From NCBI RefSeq assembly GCF_018350175.1, contig NC_058368.1:133426001-133490000 (forward strand): a DNA stretch of 64,000 nucleotides, given 5' to 3'. Position numbers and translations under genes: made by a program. Positions 50,917-63,769 of this stretch are shown one piece after another; position 1 is the first letter of the stretch; every line of letters starts with the position of its first letter. A model generated the notes under the pieces. That model was not told where the DNA came from. It worked only from the letters and a program-made list of their open reading frames with translations, and ran no database searches. The DNA comes from Felis catus (Eukaryota).

Positions 50917-51122
50917 TTTAATGTTTATCTTTATTTTTGAGACATGGACAGAGCATGAGCGAGGGAGAGGCAGAGAGAGAGAGGGAGACACAGAATCAGA
51001 AGCAGGCTCCAGGCTCTGAGCTGTCAGTACAGAGCCCGACGCAGGGCTTGAACTTGTCAACTGTGAGATCATGACCCAAGCCATAGTCGGATGCTCAACC
51101 GACTGAGCCTCCCAGGCACCCC
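50917..51122 (-). mobile_element. CanSINE inserted in the tail of the adjacent SINE
   Basis: TSD TTGAAAGGTTAATTTTT at 50900-50916 and 51123-51139. Confidence 0.95.
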
Positions 51123-51229
51123 TTGAAAGGTTAATTTTTAAGTAATCTCTATAACCAACAGAGGGCTCACACTCACAACCCCAAGATCAAGGGTTGCTTG
51201 CTCTCTTGACTGAGCCAGTCAGACGCCCC
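51123..51229 (-). mobile_element. Short CanSINE (SINEC_c type)
   Basis: AAGTAATCTCTA...CTCACAACCCCAAGATCAAG...GACTGAGCCAGTCAGACGCCCC. Confidence 0.88.
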
Positions 51230-53044
51230 TGCACTGAAGTTTCTTGATCGGTGAAGTGGTATGGGTGTGAATGTCTGTGTCACTGGGTGCCAAAAGATGA
51301 CAAGAGTCCATGAAAGGGCCTCTCAGAGTCTCAGTGAGCCGTGGCTCATGTTGTAGTTTGTAGGTAAAGGCAGGATTGCATAATGACACAAACATTGTCT
51401 TGTTGGAATGCATCACACCTAATTGACTTCAGCGAGCAGCTTGAATTCTGAACTTTAGTGGCCTTTTCTATAAAAAGGACAGTAGTGACTGGCATGTGGT
51501 AGCCAATGTACCCTGTTCTGACTTCCTTTTTAGGACTGACTTTGTGGTTGGCTTTCTGCATTGTCTAAACTTGGCCTTCTGTTTATAAGCGGGAAAGAGT
51601 CATTCTCCCCTAGTCACAGTGAGCTGCACGTTTGGCGCTTGTTACGGTCTCAGCCGGGTTTTCTGTTGTAAACCCATTTATTAGCCATTAATCACTGAAA
51701 ACAGTAATGATGACATCCAAAAGAAGTGAGTTTCAGCTTCCATACGTTTCCTTTGACCATAAGTGAATTTATTTCCTGGGGTGGTGGCATTGTTTGAGAA
51801 AATAGAAATTTGTGTGTGTTTGGAGGGGGGGGGGACACATTTAAAAATGCTGAAATTTTAAAATAATGTGAAAATGGGATCGGTATTGATTAGAATTTAC
51901 ACTGAGAGATAATTATGGACTGTGCCAGTAGAAAGCATATAATTTTCTCTGTTAAGACCTCAACTGGTTTTCAAAGCTAGGGTTCTCTTTCTTTCATGTC
52001 TGTTAATCTTTTCTTTCTAAAAGCACCCACACCATTTTTTTTACAGGTGGCTGTTCCATAGAAATTTTCCATGAAATTCTTTAATTTTTCTTTCTCGTAA
52101 AACTGACACTTTGCGCTTTTCCAGAAAACCACCAAGAATATCACAGACACCACCCAGACTTAGCCGTTGTTGATGTTTTGCTTTCTTTCAGATACTTTTT
52201 TTCCAGATTCTCCATATCCTGCAGCTTCAGAATCCTTCATTGTTCTACCTTACAGGTAACAGAGGATGTATTATTTGAGCTTGACCATATTACCTTTAGG
52301 GACATTGAAATCTCAAAGTGCATTTTCATTGCCAACCTGACATTCTATTGATCTATTTCCTACTGAGTTTTATTTATAGAGCTCATTTTAAGCAATTATA
52401 TGAACTCAATGAAAATCCAGTGAAATTCAAAAGAATTCAATGGAATTGAGTTGTACAATGTTCATTTTACATGTGAATTTTGGGTTTGAGTGCAGTATTA
52501 AGTCTAGTCCCATATCAGTGTGTTGATACCTAAACTGACTCACCGGAGAATGGATGTGGGGAAAAAAAAAATGAACAGGGTGTTGACATCTCCACTTTGT
52601 GACGTACTAGCTTTGTGATTTCTATCCTCTCCAAGCCTTTTTGGGGACCTGTGGGTATTGCAGTAAGGTGATCGTAGACTTTAGAAAATGAAGCATTTCA
52701 CCAACATTTGGTACCATATAGGTGGGGGGACTGCCAGCTGTTTTAACTGTAGGACTGACTCTTAACTTCCGAAGCTGGCCACCAGATGCCTTCATACCCT
52801 TGGCTCTAATATTATAAGAGAAGGAAAAGTGCTGGCCTCTGCTACCTCCCTCCTTACGTTGTTGAAGTCAGGACTTGCCCTCTCTGGAGCTGGTGGGACC
52901 TATCTCTGCTTTGGTCCTCCTTATAGTGCTTTAGCTTGATCTTCTTCCATGTCTTTCCTGGATTTATTATTTTGAATTCTAGAAACTGCGACTTCACATT
53001 CAGGTTCATTCATATCTGATATGCTTAGAGGAAGCAATGGTTGA

Positions 53045-53045
53045 T

Positions 53046-53090
<45 letters not shown>
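53045..53090. repeat. (TG)13(AG)10 compound microsatellite
   Basis: Read directly from sequence. Confidence 0.96.
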
Positions 53091-53093
<3 letters not shown>

Positions 53094-53605
53094 GACACAC
53101 TCTGGATTCACTGGAACTTCTCTATGAAGATCCTAATCTAATTTTGTTAGTAGTATAAATTAGTAGCTGGAATTGTTGGAAAACAGGAATATGAAACTGT
53201 GGACTCTTTTTAGTTGCAAAAACATCTTATTTTCCTTCTCTTAGAAACATTGATTTGTTCTTGTTTGTCAGAGACCTCATTCTTCCGGTTTCCTTACCGA
53301 CTGCTTGGTTATGGCCAGTGGCCTCCTTATCTTTGTTTCTTTCCCTCACAGTGAGAGAACGGCCAAGCTCTGGAATTGCTCCCAAACAAGGCTTCCCCGA
53401 GATGGATTTATTTTATGAGTCATTGGATCTGATGATTAAAAAGAAAAAAAACAAAATGTAGTTTAAAAAGAAATCCACAAAACTTTTCTTGATGTCTGAT
53501 ATTTGGAGGGAAAAGTATACCCATTACATGTGTATAATTTGGTGAATTTTCTCAAAGTATGTAATCCCCATATACCCACAACCTGTATTAAAAAAGAGAC
53601 TACTC

Positions 53606-53839
53606 GGGGCGCCTGGGTGGCTCAGTCAGTTAAGTGTCTGACTCCAGCTCAGGTCATGATCTCTCGCAGTCTGTGAGTTCAAGCCCTGCGTCAGGCTCTG
53701 TGCTGACAGTTCAGAGCCTGGAGCCTGCTTCCGATTCTGTGTCTCCCTCTCTCTCTGCCCCTCACCTGCTTGTTCTCTGTCCCTTTCTCTCAAAAATAAT
53801 AAACATTAAAAAAGTTTAAAAATAATTAAAAAGTAAATA
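53606..53839 (+). mobile_element. CanSINE within an antisense L1ME-like remnant (about 53500-54760)
   Basis: Perfect TSD AAAAAGAGACTACTC. Confidence 0.95.
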
Positions 53840-54091
53840 AAAAAGAGACTACTCTTCCAGGTGGCCCCCTGCGTCCCTTCAAGTCAGTGCCCCCTGACAG
53901 AGATACCTTGGAGCTGTAACCCTGTGCAGTAGTTTGGCTTGTTTTTGCACATCATGTAAATGCCATCACACAATATGCCCTATTGTATCTTGCTTCATTT
54001 TCCAAATGTGAAATGTGACATGTGTGGGAATTATGCCTGTTGTTATGTGTAACAACCATGTATCCTTTCTCCTTTCCGTGCGGTATCCTAT

Positions 54092-54539
54092 TGCATCAAT
54101 TTCCTATTCCTGTTGTAACGAAGTATCACAGAGTTGCTTCCAGGGCACAACTTACTCTCATACAGTTCTGCACATCCTAAGTCTGCAGTTTCACTGGGCT
54201 GAATAAAGTCAAGGTGCTGGCAGAGCTTCTGGGTTTTGTAGGCTCTCAGGGGAGAACCGGCTTCTTTGTCTTTTCCAGCTTCTCATGGCCACTGGATTCC
54301 TTGGGTTGTCAAAGCATGTCACTCCAATACTTGCTTCCTCTTCACGTCACCTCTTCTGTCATCGAATTTCCCTCTGCTTTCCTCTTAAAAGGACCTGTGT
54401 GATTACGTTTAGGGTCCATCTCCACATCCTTAACTTAATCTGCCCCTAAAACATCCTTTTGCTATGTAAGGTAGTAGTCACAGGTTCAAGGAATTAGGGT
54501 GTGGAATTTGGGGAAGGGGGCATTTTTCTGACTGTCACA
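54092..54539 (-). mobile_element. MLT1 (C/D-like) LTR nested in old L1
   Basis: TCTCATACAGTTCTG...AAAGTCAAGGTGCTGGCAGAGC...CCTTAACTTAATC...TATGTAAGGTA..CACAGGTTC. Confidence 0.85.
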
Positions 54540-54604
54540 TCCATTATGTGAAGATACTGTCATTTATTTTTTCCTTCTGCCATTAATGACCTTTTTGTGT
54601 TGTT

Positions 54605-54607
<3 letters not shown>

Positions 54608-54645
<38 letters not shown>
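54608..54645. repeat. (AC)19 microsatellite
   Basis: Read directly from sequence. Confidence 0.96.
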
Positions 54646-54647
<2 letters not shown>

Positions 54648-55091
54648 CATTGTGTATGTATCTAGGAGTTGGGTGCATAGTAATGTGTAAGTTCAGCCTT
54701 AGGAATCCGAACTAATCAGTTTTTTCAAAATGCTTGTAGCAACTTAAACCCCCTTTGTTCCAGTATTTAACCGATCTGTAGCTCCCATTTTAGACCCTTT
54801 GTAAATAATCCAGGATTTTTCAAAGAGTGTTTATGTGAACAGAGTCCTGAGACGTACTGTAGGAGAAAAGAAGTACTCAAATAGATATGGGAAATACTGG
54901 ATCCTGCTAGGAGATGCACTTTGCAAATGAACCATGTTAAAGATTTTAAGCCTGTCTGATTTTTGTTTGATTTGTTTCTGAAGTGGGTTTGACTTTGACT
55001 CAGTTTCCCTCTGTTGAAATCTCAAAGAAAAAGAGTTCAAGGGAATACTCTTTGAAAATTCTAAAAGAAAATCGAAACTTTTTATTAAACT

Positions 55092-55285
55092 TAAAAAAAA
55101 ATGTTTATTTATTTTGAGAGAGCATGCATGAGCAAGGGAGGGTCAGAGAGAGAGAGAAAGTCCCAAGCAGGCTTCACGCTGTCAGCGCAGAGCCCAACAG
55201 GGCCTTATCTCGTGAACCGGGAGATCATGATCTGAGCCAAAATTAAGAGTTGGCCAGTTAACTGACTGAGCCACCCAGATGCCCC
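55092..55285 (-). mobile_element. CanSINE at the L1 tail
   Basis: TSD TATTAAACTT/TATTAACCTT. Confidence 0.92.
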
Positions 55286-55289
55286 TATT

Positions 55290-57195
55290 AACCTTTTTTT
55301 TAGAGAGAAGTTTATGGTTCACAGAAGAGTTGGGAGGCAGGTACAGAGATTTCCTCTATGCACCCCGCCCTCACACATGCACATTCTCTTCCATTATCAG
55401 CATCCCCTGCCAGAGCAGTATACATATTTGTTACCAGTGATGAACCTACATCAATACCTCACCTCTTGGTCACACCAAATCCATGGTTTACCTTAGGTTC
55501 TGTGGGTTTGAACAAACATATCATGACATCCATCGTTACAGTATCATGCGGACTGATTTCCCCTAAAAATCCTATGTTCCATCTGTTTTTCCCACCCCCC
55601 ACCTTCCCCACTTCTGGCAACCGCCGATCTTCTTACTGTCTCTATAGTTTAACCTTTTCCAGAATTTCTTACGGCTAGAATCATACAATATAGCCTTTTC
55701 GCATGCGTCTTTAACTTAGCAACACGCATGTAAGGTTCTTTTATGTCTTTTCATGGCTTGACAGCCCTTCGCTTTTTAGTGCCAAACAATACTGCACGCT
55801 CTGGATGTATCCGTTTGCCTACTGAAGGACGTCTTGGTTGCTTCCACACTTTGGCAGTTAGCGATAAAGCTGCTGTAACTTGCCATGTACAAGTCTTTGT
55901 GGGGACATAAGTTTTCAGCTCCTTTGTTTAAATACCAAGGGACATGATCGTTGGACCATATGATAAAAGTATGTTAGTCTTGTAAGATGCTGTCAAACTG
56001 TCTACCATGGTGGCTGGGCCATTTTGCATTCCTCCCAGCAACAAGTGATAATCCCTGTTGATCCACATCCTTGTCACATTTCGGTATTGTCAGTGGTTTG
56101 GGTTTGGGGCATTCGCATAGGTGTACATGGCAACTCATTTTGTTTTAATTTTCCATGTTCTGGATGGCATAGGATGTGGAGGATCTTTTCATGTGCTTAT
56201 TTGTATATCTTTTTTGGTGAGGTGGCTATTCAAGTTTTGGGCTGAATTATTAATCAAGTAGTTTGTATTCTTGTTGTGTTTTAAGAGTTCTTCATGTATT
56301 TTGGATAATAGTCCTCAGTCAGATAAGCCTTTTGCAAACGCTTCTCCCATTCTGTGGCTTGTCTTCTCATTCTCTTGACGTTGTTTTCTTTTTTTTTTTT
56401 AATTTATTTATTTTAAGAGAGGAGGGGGGATAATACAGAGACAGAGAATCCCAAGGAGGCTCCACACTGTCAGTGCAGAGCCCAACAGAGGGCTCGAACT
56501 CACAAACCGCGAGATCATGACCTGAGCCGAAACCAAGGGTTGGATGCTTAACAGACTGAGCTGCTCAGGTGCCCCTCCTGATGTTGTTTTTAATTTTAGT
56601 CAAGTCCAGCTTATCCCATATTTTTTTCATGAGTCACACTTTTGGTATTAAATTTAAAAAGCCATTCCTATACCCAAGATCATCCAGGTTATCTCCTGTG
56701 TGCTAGTAGTTTTATAGTTTTCTATTTTACAGTTAGGTCCAAGATCTGCTTTGAGTTAATTTTTGTGATCGATATAAGGTCTGCCTCTCAATCCAATTTC
56801 TTACGTGCAGATGTTGTTCTCGGACCATTTGCTGAAAAGACTGCCTTTGCCCCATTATGTTGTGTTCCTTTGTCAAAGGTTAATTGGCTATTTATGTGGG
56901 TCTGTTGCATCTTTTCTGTCCTGTCTCATGGACCTATTTGTCTGTCCTTTCACCAGGATGCTATGGTCTTGATTACGGTAGCTTCATATTAAGTATGGAA
57001 GTCTGGTAGTGTCAGTCTTCCAACTTTGTTCTTTTCTTAAAATTGTGTTCATTACTTTCGATGTTTTGTCTCTCTGTAAAAAGTTTAAAATTACTTGGTC
57101 CATATCCACAAAATAATTTTCTGGGAATTTAAATTGGGACTCCCGTGAACCCATAGATCAAACTGGGGAGAACTGATGTCTTGGTAATAATGACT
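55290..57195 (-). mobile_element. L1MC-type 3' UTR plus ORF2 end, about 1.9 kb
   Basis: GGTTCACAGAAGAGTTG..AGGTACAGAGATTTCC, CTACTGAAGGACGTCTTGGTTGCTTCCA, CCATTTGCTGAAAAGACT, CTTCCAACTTTGTTC, TAGATCAAACTGGGGAGAACTGA. Confidence 0.9.
56388..56575 (-). mobile_element. CanSINE inserted in the L1MC
   Basis: TSD TCTTGACGTTGTTTT/TCCTGATGTTGTTTT. Confidence 0.92.
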
Positions 57196-59478
57196 CAGGA
57201 TGATTATTGCTAAAAAAGTAATGGGAAGTTGTTGTTACACTTTTAGGAGGTAAAACCACTAATTATATTGGAGTACTCTCTCTTTAATGTAAAGACTAGA
57301 GAAACCATCAGAAAATGGGTTTCCCTTAGTGTGGCCTGTGATTTGGGGAAAAATTATTTGTATTAGTGTCATCTTAAGTTTTGCATCAGGAAGCTCATTA
57401 TAAAAAATAATTTCTACTTCCTGGGAATATTTTTGGTGTGATTGATTCAAAAGTGTTTGTCTTGGCGTACTTCTTCTCTGTTTGAGTTTCTCCACACATT
57501 CCCCTGCCTCTTAAAGGAATATCTTGCTTCTGGTTTATTTTTTCTCTTGGTTGGTTTGTTTAGTTGTGTTTTTCTTGTTTGCACCTCTGGTCTGTAGGGG
57601 GAGCCTGGCCATCAGATCCTAAGTGATAAACCCTGAGCTAGAGGGAAGTAAAGGTTTCCATGGTGTGTCGGGTTTCCTGGTGAAGCCTGTACTGAATCCT
57701 AAGCTGAGTCCTGAAGGATGAGGACCCAGGATTTGACGGGGGCTTTCTAGCCGGGTAAGGGAGGATGGACAGAAAAGATTCAGTTTTGGTGGAAATGCCG
57801 CTGTTAAAGAAAGAAAGTTGGCCAGCATTGCTGCCCCCACCCTCACAAAACGAACTGCCTATTTCTGTGGTCTTTTAAACATTTCCTGTTTAAAGAATTA
57901 TCTTATTAGGTAAAGGACAAAGAATTTTTAATGTTATAAAGTCACAGCTTATGCGCCTGTCCCTGAAGAAAAGCTTCCTTTGGCACTTTAAGTTTTGACT
58001 ATTTTCTAACACACTGTGAGTGAGAAGCATAACCAATGTATTAGTTTTGACATATGGTTACACCCAGTACAGCCTCAGCCAAGTCGTCTCTGGGGACTAC
58101 AAAGGCACAGAGTTAAATTTCCCAAGTTGGAAAAGAGGCTTTCAGAAATGAATTTCTCGCTCCACTCTGAGCAACTTCGCTGCTATTTCCCTGGGGAGGT
58201 TGCTAGGCATTTAATAGATCTCCACGTTAGAAAATTCTTCCGAGCATTTCGGTGCGAGGTATTTTTTTGTGTGCGTCCTTGGCCTCTGTTTGGTGTGGTG
58301 GAGGCTGCATCTTATCTCCTTTATGCTCCTATTTATAAAAGGTTTTTAGAAGATTATCTCTCCCCATTATCATTGGGATCGTCGTCAGTGTTAGTTGTCT
58401 TAGTCATTCCCAGTGAGTCTTCGTGCTGCTGAGATCGAAGGAAGCCATGTGACAGCGGAGTCTGGGCCTGGTTCCCACCCACCTCCACACAGCTGTTACC
58501 CTTCCTGCGTCCCTGAGCTCTTGCTGGGGCATGAGGGACTTCGCTTCAGCTGTGACACTGTTTTGTTGTTCTTGGCCATTGCACAGAGGCTCACATCCTG
58601 TAGGCTTTAAAAAGTGTCTTTCTTTCAAAGACTCTTTTCAGTACCTGTGGGGTTTATGTGGTATGATACGTATGTTGAAAACTAGTGTTTTGTTTGCCAG
58701 GGGCATCAAGCATAAGCAAAATGATAAGGGGACATAGTAAAAGGTATTTTTTGAAAGACCTTCAAGTTCACGATTAAGTATGGGTGGTTAAATTACCAAG
58801 TCTTCTTGCTCATGAGATCAGACACATGGCCTCTTCTGCGTCCTGGTGTGTTGTTAGTTTAGTAGAGGCTTTTCTTGGTAAAGGCTCTTTAGAAATCTGC
58901 CGGACTTGAGGGCCTAGGATGAGCTCAGGCGTCCGGCCTCGGCAGACGATTATAAGCATGACTGGCTCTGTGTGTGGAGTCATGTCAGTCCACACCCCTG
59001 AGGTGTGGGATCCCGGCTTTGGCAAAGTCAAATGATGTAAACATGGCTGCTGTGTCTCCCAGGTGGCCGTTTGCAGAGAAAGGGGCTGTGGGCTTGGTGG
59101 ACAACCTTAAAGATACCTACTACAGATTGTCGTATTTGGTAATAATACAGTTTAATTGTTTCCAGAAAGACCACCGTTTGAGCTTTACATGAATTCCTAA
59201 TCTTCCCAAGTTTACATTGATTCTACCTTGTTGCCATAATGCTTTGTTATCTTCATTTTCTCTTCCTCCTCATAATTACCCTGTATATGAGGTCTTGTTC
59301 CTTCTCTGTTACTCTCTTTGCCAGTCAGCTTTTCTTCCATGCCTCTTGCTCGACTTCCAGTCGAGTTCTTCCATAAACCTTGTTTTGTTTTTAATACCTT
59401 TGTCTTTCCCATGCTTCACCCGCCAGCTCTGAACAGCTTCGTCCTTCACAGCAAGTACAGTTCTATCCTGACATTTTC

Positions 59479-59703
59479 TTTTTTTTTTTTAATTTTTTTT
59501 TTAACATTTATTTATTTTTGAAACAGAGAGAGACAGAGCATGAACGGGGGAGGGTCAGAGAGAAGGAGACACAGAATCTGAAACAGGCTCCAGGCTCTGA
59601 GCTGTCAGCACAGAGCCCGACGCGGGGCTCGAACTCACGGACCGCGAGATCACGACCTGAGCCGAAGTCGGACGCTTAACTGACTGAGCCACCCAGGCGC
59701 CCC
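59479..59703 (-). mobile_element. Young felid SINE (SINEC_Fc2-like)
   Basis: CpG-rich body; TSD TATCCTGACATTTTCT/TATCCTGGCATTTTCT. Confidence 0.96.
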
Positions 59704-60639
59704 TATCCTGGCATTTTCTAAAAAATAACTAATTTCCAGAATTTTCTGGAGGAAAAACAATGGCTCTTTCTAATACAAAATGGTTGAAGTGAGTTATGGA
59801 AGTGAACTGCATGTGTTTGGGATTTTTTTCCTTGGGAAGCTAGGAATCCAAGTATAGTGGCTGTTGCGAGATTGCCTTGCGCTAGAGTTTACTACAACCA
59901 AGCAGGTACCACCTTGGTTACTTCCTTTTGCTTGGCAATTTTCAAAGCTTTCTCAAACCTCCAGAGTTTCAGGGGAGGCTGTAACTAATTCTTTTTTGGG
60001 GAAATATAAACCAACTAACTCAATTCCTAATGAGCTTTCTTCCCAGTGGGAAATCACAGTGAAATAAAGCTGGCAAGTTTTTAAAGTTTTCTATTCCTCC
60101 TTAGGTCGGAGAACTTCTTCTTTATAAACTATCAGTTCAGTAAATATTAAGACCAAATGTTCAGGGGGTTATATGTTATCCTAAACCTTTTACAAATTGA
60201 GCTGAAATAAAATATTCTTGCCTCACCATTCAGTGTTTTAAAATTTTGTTTTCCCTGTACCATTGAAATTAGGACTAACACCAAGATCTACTACATTGTT
60301 AAAACAAAGTGTAATTAAAACACTTTTTTTTCCCCTTAGAATATTTGTGTTTTATTTTAGAAAAGTTTGTTATCAAGCTGCCTGAATTTATGTGTAAGTG
60401 TTTTTAAGCATTAGCCTTACTTGTCGAATACTTAACTCCCTTGAGGACAGGAAACAGTTACCTTTATATAGGGATGTTAAATATCAGTGGTAGGAGCAAA
60501 CATTCCTGTTTTAATAGAATAATAATAATAAGTAGCTAGTGTTGGTTGATCACATAGTATGTGCTTCTGAGGCTAATGGGAAGGACTTTGGAAGTTCATT
60601 GTGAAACAGGATTTCAGATACTGGTTAGTGAAAGGTGCT

Positions 60640-60829
60640 TTCTATTTATTTTTGAGAGAGAACGTGAGTGGGGAAGGGGCATAAAGAGAGGGAGACAGAG
60701 GATCCAAAGCGGGTTCCGAGATGACAGCAGAGACCCCAATATGGGGCTGGGGGCTTGAGCCCATGAACCCTGAGATCATGACCCTGAGCCAGAGTTGGAC
60801 AAATAATTAACTGAGCCACTTAGGCGCCC
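60640..60829 (-). mobile_element. CanSINE (diverged)
   Basis: GAGATCATGACCCTGAGCC...CTGAGCCACTTAGGCGCCC. Confidence 0.9.
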
Positions 60830-60859
60830 AGAAAGATGTTGTTTAATGTGAGCTTAATA

Positions 60860-61600
60860 ACATTTTTTATCAGGAAAGATTTTTTGATTTTTTTTTTCAA
60901 ATGCAATTTTGGCATCTAACAGTATGAGCACTTTATAACTGTATATGATTTGACAATTATGTTATGTTATGATTCCTTATTTATAAATTAGATGGATTTA
61001 TATTTCTTACACTATTATTTTTAGAGTTTCCATGTTAAGGTTGTGCTGGATTTTATAAAATGAAATGAGAACCATTCCTTGATTTTTATTTTTTCTGTTC
61101 CATGTAACATTTTAAAAAGCATAAAAATTCTGTCTCTTAAAGTTTGATAGTGCCCTCTTGTAAAATGGTTGTCAACATTGTCTATTTCCGTACGTTTATT
61201 GAATTGTGCAGAGTCTACTTCTCGAGTCAATTTTGACAATTTATATTTTCTTAGGCATCCTCTTCTTCATTGAGCATTACCAATTTCAGCATAAAATCAT
61301 ATATTTTCCCATATACTTGTATTAAATCTCTTTTGGCTCTTTGGCTTCTATCCATTTTCTTATTTCCAATGTTGTATAATTGTATTTTCCCTCTTAATGA
61401 GCTTTGCAAGAGGTTTCTATATTTTATTGATGTTTTCAAAGAACCAGCTGTTCCACTGCTTATATTCTAATCCCTTAATTTCTGTTTTATCTTTTTAATG
61501 TTTCTTTCTTTTGCTTCCCTTAGGTTTATTTGATTTTCTTGTAGCTTATTGAGTTGAATAATTGAAAATTTTCTTTTCTTATTTAATAATGAAGATGCCT
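60860..61600 (-). mobile_element. Ancient L1 ORF2 remnant
   Basis: AAGGTTGTGCTGGATTTTATAAAATGA, GGTTTCTATATTTTATTGATGTTTTCAAAGAACCAGCT antisense L1 motifs. Confidence 0.75.
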
Positions 61601-61904
61601 TTTTTAAGGTGACTTATTCTGATCACCTCTCCCCTCAGACTTTAAATCTTTCCTTCCATCTTCACTCTGAGCTGATGAACTTGATCCCTACATTGATGAG
61701 AAAATTGAAACAGAAGAGAGCTTCCAGAGAGTGCCCCACCCAGTGTCTCCACTCCTGTCGTTTCTTCCTGCTCGTTGCTTAGGTAACCATGCATGCTAGT
61801 CAGAGAATAGTCCTAATTAACTAATCATGCTCCTGCCTAAGGCCAGTCCCTGTCTAAGTGCCCCCATCCTGTCTCCTCTCGCCTGGTCAGAAGAAACCAC
61901 CCCA

Positions 61905-62216
61905 GGTGAGTGAGGGCTTTGAGGGCTTGTTGGTTAAGGGTACAAACTTGCAACTGTTGGATAAATAAGTTTTTGAGAATCCCATCCACATCACAATCCA
62001 CATGATTACAGTCAGTAATACTACATTATGAACTTAAAAGTTGCCAGGAGATTAGATCTTAATCATACTCGTGGCTGGAAAAAGAAATAATTATGTGTCA
62101 CAATAGAGGTGTTAGGCAACAGTGGTGGTAATCATATTGCACTGTATAAATGTATCACATCAACATGCTGTACACCTTACACTAGGTTAGATGTCAGTTA
62201 CATCGCAATTAAAAAA
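61905..62216 (+). mobile_element. 5'-truncated L1 3' end (L1MA/L1_Carn-like)
   Basis: AAGGGTACAAACTTGCAACT...TAGATCTTAA...GGTAATCATATTGCA...TGTACACCTT plus A-tail; TSD AAGAAACCACCCCA/AAGAAACTACCTCA. Confidence 0.88.
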
Positions 62217-63556
62217 AAGAAACTACCTCATGAATTCTCCGCACTCTTACACCACAGATTTTCCCTCTTCTGTATCATGCTTGACTTCACACAAGCGTGC
62301 TACAATAGTTCCATCTCCATAAACCTTCTCTTGCCCTGCTTTCCCACCAGATGTTCACAGTTTCATTGCTATATTGGGCAGCCTCCTCCAAAAAAGTCAT
62401 TTTTATTCATGGCCTCAAATTCATCTTTTCCTAGTCTCTTGAACCCAGTCTATAAGGCTTTCAATCCTCTTACATCATAGAGACTATCTTGTCAAGGTTG
62501 TCAGTTACCCCTGTTGGTCTCTGAGGTACAGTGGTCATTTCTTAGACCTCATATGGTATGACAAGTCCTTCCTGTTTGGTCACACATGTTTGTCACTTGC
62601 CCTCCAGGACATTTCAAACTCTCGGTGGTTCTCTTTTGATGGTTCTTGATTCTCTGACCTCTTAATGTTGGAGTACCCCAGAGAATATTCTCAGTCCTTT
62701 TCTCTTGTCTATTTTTACTCTATTCCTTGTGACCTTATGTGATATGATGACTTTGACCCATAGACTCATGGCCACAGGATTTACATCTCTAGCCCTGATC
62801 TCTCCTACACTCTAGATGCGCATATCCACCTGCCTGTCTGTGTGTCTGTTTGAATGTGTAATAGGCATCTCCAAGTTAATGTGTCCCAAAGCAAACTTTT
62901 CATCTGCTTCTGGATCCTGTTCCATAACTCTTCTTTATCTCACTCAATGGCTGCTTCCTCTTTCCAATTGCTCAGGAAATGCTGAAATCGTCCTTGGCTG
63001 TTTATTTTCCTTTATGGCACGTCCACGCCATTGGACAATTCTGTTGGGTTTACCTTCAAGTACATCCAAGGCTGGTCTCTCCTCACTTTCTTTACTATCA
63101 CAACCAGGTCTGAGTCACTACTGTCTGTCTCTGGATGTACTCCTGTGGTCTCTAGATGGTCTCCCAGCTGCCATCACTGCTCACTATGGTCTATCCTCAA
63201 AAGAGCAGCCAGAGTGAGCCTTTCGAAATGTGAGTCAGATCAACCTGCTTTGCTGCTCATGATTCTGCACTTGACCTACCTTGCCCTCAGAGTGCAAGCC
63301 AAAGTCCTTACACATGGCGTGACCCTCGTTAACCTCTCAGACCTCATCATTTCCTGTTTCTCCCTCCCTCCCTTCCTCCCTCCACTCCACTCCACCCAGG
63401 TGGCTATCTTGCTCCTCTTGGATGTGCCAGCTGTGTCATTGCCTTGACCCCTTCTATGACTGCTGCCAGCCTCTAGGAGGCACATTCCCTTCAAGTCTTC
63501 ACCAAATGTCATCTTCTTTTGAAGCTTATACTGCCCTATTTAAAATTGCCACCCCT

Positions 63557-63769
63557 GGGGCGCCTGGGTGGTGCAGTCGGTTAAGTGTCCGACTTCAGCC
63601 AGGTCACGATCCCGCGGTCCGGGAGTTTGAGCCCCACGTCAGGCTCTGGGCTGATGGCTCAGAGCCTGGAGCCTGTTTCCGATTCTGTGTCTCCCTCTCT
63701 CTCTGCCCCTCCCCTGTTCATGCTCTGTCTCTCTCTGTCCCAAAAATAAATAAACGTTGAAAAAAAAAA
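63557..63769 (+). mobile_element. SINEC_Fc inserted in L2
   Basis: TSD TTTAAAATTGCCACCCCT/TTTAAAATTGCTGCCCCT. Confidence 0.96.

Noticed and set aside
51706..51770. ATGATGA C-box suggesting a C/D snoRNA
   Set aside because: No CTGA D-box or terminal stem at a suitable distance
58170..58268. Short hairpins followed by a T-run (small Pol III RNA-like)
   Set aside because: Stems are short and imperfect, no A/B boxes are evident and there is no match to an RNA family I know
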